22,363 bases of DNA from Octopus sinensis (Eukaryota): positions 1 to 22,363 of the forward strand of contig NW_021836918.1 in NCBI RefSeq assembly GCF_006345805.1, written 5' to 3'. A model generated the notes under the pieces. It made no database searches. It saw only the letters and a list, made by a program, of their open reading frames with translations, and was not told the DNA's origin. Position 1 is the stretch's first letter. Every line of letters begins with the position of its first letter. Shown piece after piece: positions 1-9,442 of the stretch. The translations under genes and the position numbers were made by a program.

Positions 1-276
1 GAAAGAGAATCAATTTTGTAAGATATTGAAACAAAACCGGAGTAATTGCCTGGTGAAACACCTTAAGAAGACATCCAAGTCTTTGACACTGGAATATTAA
101 TTAATACAGCGATTAATTACTGTTATAGAGGGGAAACAGTAAATAATATTTACTCTTGTCACGCGACGAAGGTATACAAGACACCTGGCGGGCAAAGAGT
201 TCTTTTCTTGATGTTGTTGTAACTGTGGTTGCTCTTGTCTTTAGTACAGTTTCGTAGTTGTTCACGGCGGCAACGG

Positions 277-425
277 TGGTGGTAGTGGTGGTGGCGGTGA
301 CGGTGGTGGTGGTGGTGGTGGTGGTCGTCGTCGTCGTCGTCGTCGTTCGTCGTCATGGTGGTCGTGGTGGTGGTAGTGTTGGTGGCGGCGTCGGCGGTGG
401 CGGTGGCGGTGCTGGTGATGGTGGT
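277..425. repeat. (GGT)n/(GTC)n/(GGC)n trinucleotide mosaic microsatellite
   Basis: Runs of ggtggt..., gtcgtc..., ggcggt seen directly; accounts for the poly-V/T/D/H ORFs 159-455 and 258-467. Confidence 0.95.
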
Positions 426-534
426 TGCAAATGCCGTTGCAGAAGTTCTCTTCAATTTTTCATGTAAATATATTCATCAAAGAGAATATTTTCGTCTTAC
501 GTCGTCTTTATTCTCCTTTGACAAGTAGACGGTT

Positions 535-581
535 GACAGTGACTTCGAAGTGTCGGCTACTTCGCCTTCGTCAGACGTGTC
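535..581 (-). ncRNA. Type-I hammerhead ribozyme motif (one core mismatch, A14C), probably in a solo Penelope-like pLTR remnant (about 480-660)
   Basis: Minus strand reads GACACGT-CTGACGA-A-GGC-GAAGTA-GCC-GACA-CTTCGAAG-T-C-ACTGTC. Stem I has 6 bp with one bulge, stem II 3 bp, stem III is the palindrome ACTTCGAAGT and the cleavage triplet is GUC. AATAAA lies just downstream (507-512). Confidence 0.8.
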
Positions 582-677
582 TACTCCACTAAAGAACGCT
601 TTCAGCATTCCTTCACCATCATCCTCAAGTCGTTTCACCATATAACTTGGCATTAAAAACAAACATTAATAACGACC

Positions 678-910
678 TCTCTCTCTCTCACTGCCTCTCC
701 CTCCCTCTCTCTCTATCTATCTCTCTTTTTCTCTCTCTATCTATTTTTATCTCTCTCTCTCTCTTTATGATAGTGTATGCACGTATACATATATCTGTGT
801 GTGTGTGTGTGTGCGTGTGTGTGAGCGTTGTGTGATAGGCGCGGGCGCGTGTATGCGTGCGTGTAAACTATCAACACAACTTGATATCTTTACAGGAATC
901 TCTATATATG

Positions 911-946
<36 letters not shown>

Positions 947-1167
947 ATATATATATATTGTATTATACTATATATATATATATATATTATATATATATCA
1001 TATATATATATATATATAGATATATATTATATATATATATACTATATATATATATAAATATATATGTACACACATATATTAAATGTATACACATACCACA
1101 TATATAGAAACAAAACAATAATATATTTATTTTTAATATATATATGTATATATGTATATGCATACAT

Positions 1168-1204
<37 letters not shown>

Positions 1205-1215
1205 TATATATACAC
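678..1215. repeat. Compound (CT)n, (GT)n, (TA)n, (CA)n microsatellite block
   Basis: Visible dinucleotide tracts with short unique interruptions. Confidence 0.95.
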
Positions 1216-1444
1216 GCGCGCGCGAGTGTATCGTATTTACAGTTTGGTTATTAGGACCATTAAGATATGGCTTTCTCTCTGCCTTCATTTCCCTTGGATC
1301 GCATGTTTGAATATTACCGCAAATACCTATGGATAATTAATGTTGTCTTTCCACAATGCTTTCATCTTTAGTTTCCCTGAATTCTTGAGGAAGTTCCGAG
1401 TACGCCAAATCGCCATTGATTCCGACGCACCGGCCACCTCCCTC

Positions 1445-1447
1445 ATA

Positions 1448-1495
<48 letters not shown>

Positions 1496-1980
1496 TACGC
1501 ACACACACACACACATATATATAGATATATATATATATATTCATATATATTTATGCGTATGTATATATATATATATATACAGGTATATACGCATGCATAT
1601 ATATATAGATAGCTTGATAGATACATACATATATTATTATGTATATATACATGTATGTATGTGTATGTATATATATAGAGAGAATCGGGAGAGAGAGTGA
1701 AAAAGAGAGAGATTCTTCTATATGTATCTAAGTACAAACATGTATACATATACACAATCAAACTCGTGCAGTGTAAATGTATAAAAACTTATGCGCATAC
1801 ACATACACACACATATCACGCATATATGTGTGAGCGTGTGTATGTTTTTTCTCTGTGTGTGTTTGTGTGTGTACTACACATGTGTATATACATTTGTATG
1901 ATATCTAGGTGTCTGCCTGTGTAACTGTGTCTGCTATATGCGCGTGTGTGTGCGAACGCGTATGTGTGTGTGTGCGCACT
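1445..1980. repeat. (TA)n/(CA)n/(GT)n microsatellite-rich block
   Basis: Visible dinucleotide tracts. Confidence 0.9.
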
Positions 1981-2168
1981 CGCAAGCGTAAAAACCCACT
2001 AAGCACTCCAATGATTCCCATATAATTCTCAGCTAATCAGCTGATAAAACTTTATACATATTCCTTGCTTCGTGATAAGGTTTCTCTTTCTGCCATTTTT
2101 TGTAAATATCAAACAAACCTTTTCCTGTGCTTTTTCTGTGTATCATTGTATATATTACTGTGCGATAT

Positions 2169-2415
2169 GGAGAGACTCAATGACCCAGTCGTTAGGGAAG
2201 CGGACACGCGGTCGTTGGATTGCAGTTTCGATACCCAAACCGGGCGTTGTGAGTGTTTATTAAACGAAAACACCTAAAAGCTCCATGAGGCTTCGGCAGA
2301 GGGTAGTGGCAAACCCTGCTGTACTCTTTCACCACAACTTTCTCTCACTCTTTCTTCCTGTTCTGTTGTACCTGTATTTTAAAGGGCCGGCCTTGTCCCT
2401 CTCTGTGTCACGCTG
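2169..2415 (+). mobile_element. tRNA-headed SINE, family A (diverged, 3'-truncated)
   Basis: A-box-like TGACCCAGTCG (2181) and B-box-like GTTTCGATACC (2225), then ACCGGGCGTTGTG and a body I recognise as an octopus SINE. The head resembles that of the SINE at 15618-15950. Confidence 0.7.
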
Positions 2416-2619
2416 TTGGACAGACCAACATTGCCTGCCTTAAACGCCTTTGCAGTTTTGTTTCTTTCTTTTTAATATTCTTTTTATTTTTCTAAGGAAA
2501 CGAAACTTGGCCCGTAACACATTAATTCTATGAACAGTCTTTCCTTTCGTTCGAATGATGAGGATGCTCACGGATTTCTAAGCACTGGTTATGTGTAATG
2601 CAATTTAAACTATATTTAG

Positions 2620-2920
2620 AGGCCAGATTAAATGCTGTCGTCCCATAACGAAGGAATTTCAACCGTGTTTCGTGGTCTGCTACCACAACAGCTCCTTTAT
2701 AGGATCCAGTTAGCTCAAGACATCATCAGGAGGAACCACATCCGGTTTCGGCCCCTACTCCTCTACTGTTTTGACGTGGCGCCCTCCCCCTTTCGGAGGT
2801 GTCTTCAGCTCTGGTGTTGGGTGCATGTCTTCTTTCTTCTGTTCCCTAGCCTCTTCGATTATTGTCAGCGAGTGTCAGACGGTGACTGACTGATTTGTCC
2901 AATTTTTCCCTTTAAATACC
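2620..2920 (-). mobile_element. Degenerate Penelope-like LTR remnant with partial hammerhead motifs
   Basis: GC-richer island. The minus strand has CTGAAGA (2809-2803), CGAAACCGG and CTGATGA-T-GT...AC-GAAAC-ACG-GT-T with a long imperfect stem II (TCCT-ATAA-AGGA apex). Stem I pairing is poor. Confidence 0.35.
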
Positions 2921-3763
2921 TGCCGCATAGGCTCCAGCAAGCAACCCCAGCAAGTTGTCACGTGACACTGTCTCACCTTAACACTTCTGATTTGTACAAG
3001 TCGTCATTATAATTTTTAGAAGAGTTTTCCATTGAGGTCTTAAACTTTTGCCGTATTCAATTTTATTTGAACATTGAGCTTCACAACCAATCCCTTTGCT
3101 TGGTCTTGCTTGCTTCTGTAGCCTCGGTGACCAAATGTTTTAATAAGATAATTTACAGTAACACATTTAATAAATTCATCTATCTTTTTTATTTTTTTGA
3201 TAATGTATTTGATTTGTAAGCTTCTCGATGTTTTGAAATAGATTACAGATTCTTTGTATCTCGAGAGGGTCACTATGTCAATGATAAACACATGCACTGG
3301 TTGTATTTCACTTCCCAGACAGACAAACAGATAACCGGGGAATAGAGATAGGATGTAATTAATGATGTCGCGAATGCCATAGGCCGAACGATTAATCAAA
3401 CTATCGATTAATTAATTTTAACTACTTCTTGTGTTTATTATGAGAATAATGCCACTCCCAACACAGAAGAAAATGTTTATTTATGAGTTTTCATAATAAC
3501 TTCTGTTATTTCTTCGTTTTCCTCACAAATGTGCTTTTAGGAATTGCGACGTCTATGACTATACTTTTATAGGGTATCTCCACCATATGTGGTTGAAGTG
3601 AAAGACCTTGTGAACTTGCTGAATATTTCCAGCGGAACACAAAGAACCTAGAGTATGGTGACTACAAAGGGCCATGGATTGAATCTACCACCGTAACCAT
3701 TTCATATATTCTGTTCTCCGACAAGGCAGAAAAGTGCTTCTTATTTGGTTTAATCTTTGTGGT

Positions 3764-3819
<56 letters not shown>

Positions 3820-3828
3820 TATATATAA

Positions 3829-4031
3829 AGGGAAGGTTTACGAAAATAAACAAAAGACGAAGGCAGGTGGAGTACAAACAAACAAATGAATTAGTATAGT
3901 GCTCAGGATTAGAAAAAGTCTTTTACGTTTCGAGCCTACGCTCTTCGACAGAAAGATACACAGAAAAAACAAGGCGAGAAACAAGGAGAGAAAAAATGTA
4001 TGTAGTAGCTAACGATCTACCATGGCGTCTG
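3829..4031 (-). mobile_element. Hammerhead-bearing short repeat, family H1, copy 1, embedded in (TA)n
   Basis: Aligns by eye to 15266-15385, 20659-20805 and 20882-21110; (TA)n tracts on both sides. Confidence 0.85.
3920..3955 (-). ncRNA. Minimal type-I hammerhead-like motif with variant core CUGUCGA (H1 copy 1)
   Basis: CTTT-CTGTCGA-A-GAGC-GTAG-GCTC-GAAA-CGT-A-AAAG: stem I CTTT/AAAG, stem II 4 bp, palindromic ACGT stem III, GUA site. Confidence 0.7.
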
Positions 4032-4048
4032 ATATATATATATAATAT

Positions 4049-4101
<53 letters not shown>

Positions 4102-4175
4102 GTTACCAAAGACTGTATATATACATGTAATGTGGCAATTATGTAAAACCTTTTTTGAATTCATAATATTCTATG

Positions 4176-4220
4176 TTACTTTTGACAATCTTTTTCCAAA
4201 GAGTGAAACCGGTTAAGTAA
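4176..4220 (+). ncRNA. Degenerate hammerhead motif (unrelated family)
   Basis: TTACTT-TTGACAA-TCTTT-TTCC-AAAGA-GT-GAAA-CCGG-T-T-AAGTAA: perfect 6-bp stem I and palindromic ACCGGT stem III. The core is 2 changes from CTGACGA. AATAAA at 4220-4225. Confidence 0.5.
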
Positions 4221-4258
4221 ATAAACATCTTTTAAATTGCATTTTCAAACCTTCTTTC

Positions 4259-4289
<31 letters not shown>

Positions 4290-4291
<2 letters not shown>

Positions 4292-4504
4292 AAACCAGTG
4301 CTTAAAGGTCATGGCGTTTGGTTAAAGAAAATAGAAAAGGATTAATTATGATTTTATTCAACATATTTCCCTCTCAGTTTCACACCCTTTTTCGGCGGTC
4401 CTTCAGTTTTTCTAAGCCCTGTAAAAGAACTCAGACGGTTGGGCCCTCAACCAGACCTTTCACGATACTCTTAAAGTCAAGAATTTTTCAGCACCCATAT
4501 CGTA
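4290..4504 (-). mobile_element. Mariner-derived non-autonomous element (MITE) retaining a frameshifted transposase C-terminus
   Basis: Minus strand 4460-4355 reads VWLRAQPSEFF/LQGLEKLKDRRK/VKLRGKYVE*, matching the mariner C-terminal pattern WL..qp.eFF..Gi.kL..RW.kcv...G.YVE*. Diverged TIRs share GTGCTNAAA; flanks are TA. Confidence 0.75.
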
Positions 4505-4714
4505 TAAGTACTACGCTCTTGCTGTCACTAATTACGTTTGTTAGCTTATAGTAGATATTTTATAATAATTTTCTAATTGCATCAGACATCTACGTCCGGG
4601 TTTACAGCGAACACAAACTCAATGATTTTATTATATCCCCAGTTTTCTTATCGACTCTATGTAATTCACTTAACTAACAAACGATGACGGTGTGTCTGTA
4701 ACTAATTCGTGCTG

Positions 4715-4722
4715 TATTGTTG

Positions 4723-4753
<31 letters not shown>

Positions 4754-4812
4754 CATCATCATCATCATCATCTCATCATCATCATCATCATTATTATTAT
4801 TATTATTATTAT

Positions 4813-4909
<97 letters not shown>

Positions 4910-4920
4910 ATTATTATTGT
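4715..4920. repeat. Trinucleotide mosaic (ATT)n/(ATC)n/(AGT)n/(GTT)n
   Basis: Seen directly; explains ORFs 4692-4940 and 4709-4951. Confidence 0.95.
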
Positions 4921-5295
4921 TATGTTTATCATTCTGGTAGTCTTCTTTTAGGTTTCTGCTTAGCTGCTATTCCATTATTTGTTCTGTCATAATATATGTC
5001 CGCAGAAACTGAGAGTGATTGTATGCATTAGTAAATCTAATCAGTGGACTTCAGCAAACTTTAAACAGAAACCCACAAGAGTTTTGGTATCTTCTTTGGC
5101 TGCAGAGAGAAGAGTAATCTACGTTTTAGGGATTGATTCTTCGTCTGGCAGGAAGGAGATCTTTGCAAAATAACCAACACTGTCCACTTCTTTCAGGTCA
5201 AGTCAAGGTCATTCCTTCTCTGATGATAATATAGATTTATAGATTTGTTCAATAATAACGGATAAATGTATCGTTATATGGTTTTACAGTCTCCA

Positions 5296-5711
5296 GGCGC
5301 TGCTGTGTGGAAAGCTTGCTCCCGGACCACAAAGTTCCAGGTTCAATCCTACGGCATGGCATCAATGGCGTGTGTTTTCTGCTACAGTCTTGGGCCAACC
5401 AAAGCTTTGTAAGCCTTGAGAGTGGATTTGGTAGACGGAGACTGGAAGTAGCCAGTCGTATACACACACACACACATACACACACACACACACACACGTG
5501 TTTGTGGACGTGTGTGCGTGTGTGTTTGTCCCTACCACTACCACCGCTTGACAACCGGTGTTGTTGTGTTTATGTCCCCTAACAAAAGAGACCGACAGAA
5601 AAAGTACCGGGATTTAAAACAAAACCTACTAACATCGACTCCTGCGACGAACTCTTCTTCAAGGAGGTGCTCCAATATGGCAGCAGTCTAAAGACTGAAG
5701 CAAGTAAAAGA
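5296..5711 (+). mobile_element. tRNA-headed SINE, family B, with internal (CA)n
   Basis: B-box GGTTCAATCC (5340); shares GAGTGGATTTGGTAGACGG, CGCTTGACAACC and GGTGCTCCA...GCAGTC blocks with the copies at 11078, 15035, 16300 and 21524. Confidence 0.9.
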
Positions 5712-6161
5712 TCGAAGCTAAAAGATTCTCTTCTGATCGATTTCCTGGTTGTCTCTTTTGTTTGTTTTATCAGACCTGGTTGATTGAAAATATCGATAGC
5801 CAAGGTCAATAATTCTCACAATAGACATCCCTGATATTGTTCGCACGTAGTGCATCCAGGAATACATTAGACAATGTGTTCTTGCCGTCTCAGGACACAG
5901 CAGTGGGATTTTGAGGTAATTCGGCTGCTACTTTTAGCAGGTGTAGCCAGCCATGGCCTACTCGTCTCTTCATTGGTTCCGGTATCGGATCATTGTGGTT
6001 TTCGTCACTGTTTACAATTTTGCTCCATTTGCTTTCAAATTTGGTATATGGATTAAGTTTTGTATACTAACTATGGAAATGAAATTCATTTTCCCTATAA
6101 ATCCGCGATTAAAAAGTTAATAGCCTTTAAAATTTGCTAAATTAGAAGCGAATATTTTAGA

Positions 6162-6410
6162 CATCACCATGGCGATGAAGTCTGTTTCTGTTGTAACCAA
6201 AGCAAAGAAGCACCACGTGTTCCACTGCTGAGTGCAAAGGACTCTGTTTCCATAGCAACCAAAGATACTGCGCATGCACACAATTGCTTGTTTTCATAAC
6301 AGATGGAACTCACACTCAACTATTTTAGTTTAATGTTTTGACATGCCAATGCCCCCCTCCGTCCCCTGATGATAAAAGAAGCAGCGAACGCGCTGTTTTC
6401 TGATTGGCTG
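6162..6410. promoter_or_regulatory. Promoter-like cluster: RFX X-boxes, E-box, NRF1 site, CCAAT box
   Basis: CATCACCATGGCGATG (6162-6177, X-box-like palindrome), GTTTCTGTTGTAAC (6184-6197), CACGTG (6214-6219), GTTTCCATAGCAAC (6246-6259, canonical X-box), TGCGCATGCACA (6269-6280, NRF1-like) and CTGATTGGCTG (6400-6410, NF-Y). Confidence 0.6.
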
Positions 6411-6460
6411 AAAATTCTGAAAATTATAAAACTTTGAACACCTGAGAGCCAGTCCATTAG

Positions 6461-6635
6461 AGAGAGTCAGTCGAATAGATCGAACCCAGTACGCAACTGA
6501 CACTTAATTTATCGACCCCTAAATGATGAAAGGCAAAGTCGACTTCGGTGGAATTTGAACTCAGAACATAAAGACATATGAAATACCGCTAAGCATTTCG
6601 CCCGGCGTGCTAACGTTCCTGCCAGCTCACCGCCT
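6461..6635 (-). mobile_element. SINE, family C
   Basis: Reverse complement of GGCGGTGAGCTGGCAG...GTCGACTTTGCCTTTCATC...GGGTCGATAAA, as in the copies at 9229, 12320 and 19051. Confidence 0.9.
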
Positions 6636-6729
6636 GGGGTTCAGAGATAGTGAAATACAGCTGAATGCATGGGAAGAGGACGTAGGAAGAGCAGAAGCGA
6701 AATACTTCCGGGCAATACAACGCAAACAT

Positions 6730-7690
6730 TTAAATTGATTGGGTTTTTCTAAGGATATGGGCAATACATGTCAGCATAATTTTCTGGATATCTTGTAGAC
6801 AGGGTTCTCCTTGAATGCTATCTAGATGTCGCTGATATTCACAACATTACCTTCGCGCACTCACTGCAATATAAGATTTTGACTTCCCATACAGAGAAAA
6901 TGATATGTGATGTGACGGAGATTTGGTTATTATTTCTAGCAACTCGGGTTACCACATAAACTCTTTTATATATAACTTCCAGAAGTTTGGCATTCTTTAT
7001 TTCCAGTTGCCTTCCGGTTATTTTTATTCTATAATATCTCGGTTATTTCGTTTGGTTGTGAATTCTCTCAAGAATTGTTTTAAGCGTTCTCAACCATTCT
7101 GAACCGTCAGTTCTTCAAACATCTCCTGAAAGATCTTCATTTCTTTTGCTTTTGACATTGCATTGATTTCTATCATGTTTTCTACGTATTGCCTGCTAAA
7201 AATTGTAATATCATTTTTGGAATTATATAAAATTGTCTGTTTTATTCAATGAAAATCTCGCCGCTTTTCCAAACGACAGATTCTTTGTGCTTTAGCAACA
7301 ATATGTTGCCTTAGGCCCTCTTTCGATTCTTCACTTTTCATTTTTGTTAGAATTTCATATTCCATTTCTAGTTTTTTTTTCCTTTCCGCTTGTGTGTTTT
7401 TTGTGATGATGTCACTGAAAGCTCTAAAATCTCTTCTTTAATTTTCTCTCTTCACATGATGCTTTTTACACGCCGGTAAAATGCCTTGTGCCACTTGTTT
7501 CATCTCAATAAGTTCTGAGTTCGTATAACGTCGAAATATTCCTAGTATTTCCTAAAATCTCACCGAAGTATTTACCGTTCTTCTTCGCAGACGATAATCT
7601 AAAGAACTAGTCGTTGAAATAATCTAGGGTTGAATAATCAACTATTCCCTCTAAATGCAACGAAAATTTCTATCCCACTTTTCTACATAA
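6730..7690 (-). mobile_element. Decayed, internally deleted R4/Dong-clade (restriction-like endonuclease) non-LTR retrotransposon
   Basis: Minus-strand peptides EGLRQHIVAKAQRICRLEKRRDF (from 7320), GSEWLRTLK (about 7105) and EYQRHLDSIQGEPCLQDIQKIMLTCIAHILRKTQSI* (6840-6730). These match my recollection of the R4/Dong pre-RT motif (KAQRIRRYEKR) and C-terminal motif (IQK..L.GTAHILR). Many stops and frameshifts; upstream boundary approximate. Confidence 0.75.
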
Positions 7691-8197
7691 AAATCAATAT
7701 CATTCCGAGAGTGAATATAGCAGAATCGATAGTTCATTGGTCAAAGTCTATATATGCTGCTTTAAGAATTATTTAAGTTTCTCCTATTTAAATTTCAATA
7801 AGATCACCAACAAATGAAGAATATTTTAAAGGTCACTGGTTCTCTCAACTGGTTACCGTATGCATTTGATTTGTGCATGTGTACGAATAAACATGCATTC
7901 ATGTAGCAGTTTTTTTCTTTTTTCATTAATATATAATATACAAGTTTCCGAGCTTATACAAGTCTCCCAGCTTGATAATCATGAGTGCGTGTGCGCGTGT
8001 GTACACCAGCGAAATTGAAATGAAAAAATTCTGAAATGTTTTACAAGTATTCATTATACAAACTTCAGTTATTGTGAAATCAGAATGCGAATCAGTCAAA
8101 TTCTGTTCTTGTTCAGAGAACCTTGGCACTTTTAAGCTTTTTATGCCGATGCATCGCTACGTAGCTCAGTAAACCAAAGATAATAGAAGCGAATGAG

Positions 8198-8550
8198 AAT
8201 TTATAGCCTGGATATAAAAGATGTAGGTTTCTCATTAGATCTCCATTTTCCCTAATTTTCGACAAGACATATTTACGTGTGTATATATCAATGTTCGTAT
8301 AAATGTATGTATGCATTTTTGAATTGCATACGTATATTTGTACGTACATGCGTTAATGTTATCTTCGCTGTCTGTTTTGTTCAGTAGGTATGTTGTAGCA
8401 GTAGTGTTACTAAAAGCCCAGTACAGGTTTAACAAGTGAAACAAATTAAATTCTATAGCCTGGAAATGAAAGCTGTGGGTTTCTCATTAGTCCTACATAG
8501 ATATTCTCCTTATCCCCAGTTTACGACGAGAGATCCATGTAAGTATGTAT
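8198..8550 (+). repeat. Diverged local direct duplication (units about 8198-8280 and 8449-8550)
   Basis: Both units read aatt(c)tatagcctgga.at.aaag.tgt.ggtttctcattag...tt...cgac.aga.a. Confidence 0.75.
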
Positions 8551-9228
8551 GGAAGAATGAATGATTGCTTGTATATATGTATTCTCTTGTATTATTAATT
8601 ATTTAAAGGAGCCGCTTTCTAACGAAGATACAAAGCTCCATCGTTGGAATGTAGACGACAAAAACAAGTTCACATTTAGAATCTCGGAAAAGTCATCCAT
8701 ATTTTTACCACTTACCGATTCTATTCATAATGCACGCGTTTGCTGGTTGGTTTCTTATATATGTATGTACATATGTACGTATGCATGTGCGTATATATAT
8801 GCTTGTATGCCGGCATGTATGTATGAGTGTTAGTATGTATGCGTGCGTGAATGAATGTTTGCGTGGAAAGATGTATGCTTATATATATATATATATGTAT
8901 ATATTATTTTCTCATTCTTTTTTGTGCAATACGGATTTTCTCATGCATTGTAAATGCATCACCTACAAAAGTGAGATTGTGAAAGGGCCATGAGTACAAG
9001 TAAGGCTTCTCTTCCTAAGAATTCTACAATTGTCCTCAGATTTACGACAAAACGTATCTATACATCAGATTATTTGGCGTACGACGAGTGTGTTTTGTTC
9101 CTTCCAAGTCTCCGTTGAGAGGTGGGGTTATGCATAGTTTGTGAGAACCTGGAGTGTTGTCGTTAAGTAAGTACATCTTCGTGAGTTCGATGATGACACG
9201 GAATATACAATTATATATTTGGTATGTT

Positions 9229-9442
9229 GGTGAGCTGGCAGAATCATTAGCGCGCCGAACAAAGTGCTTAGCAGTATTTCGTCCGTCTTAACGTTCTGAA
9301 TCCAAATTCCGCCGAGGTCGACTTCGCCTTTTATCCTTTCGGGGTCGATAAAATAACTACCATTTGAGTACTGGAGTCGATGTAATCGAATTTCTCCCAA
9401 CCACACCAGAACTTGGAAGGCCTTGTGCCTAAAATCTGAAAC
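9229..9442 (+). mobile_element. SINE, family C, near full length
   Basis: GGTGAGCTGGCAGAATC...CAAATTCCGCCGAGGTCGACTTCGCCTTTTATCCTTTCGGGGTCGATAAA...CCTTGTGCCTAAAA. Confidence 0.9.

Noticed and set aside
159-455. 98-aa poly-T/D/H ORF resembling a His-rich metal-binding peptide
   Set aside because: It is produced by the (GGT)/(GTC) microsatellite, has a TTG start and has no splice support.
477-662. 61-aa acidic ORF with a GTAAG donor-like site, as a coding exon
   Set aside because: Better explained by the hammerhead/pLTR fold at 535-581; the acceptor is weak.
3040-3399. 119-aa minus-strand ORF and the nearby AAG|gtgaga donor at 2977
   Set aside because: AT-biased composition, no recognisable domain, and no consistent acceptor and frame leading to that donor.
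6366-6395. CTGATGA as another hammerhead core
   Set aside because: No GAAA, stem II or stem III at a compatible spacing.
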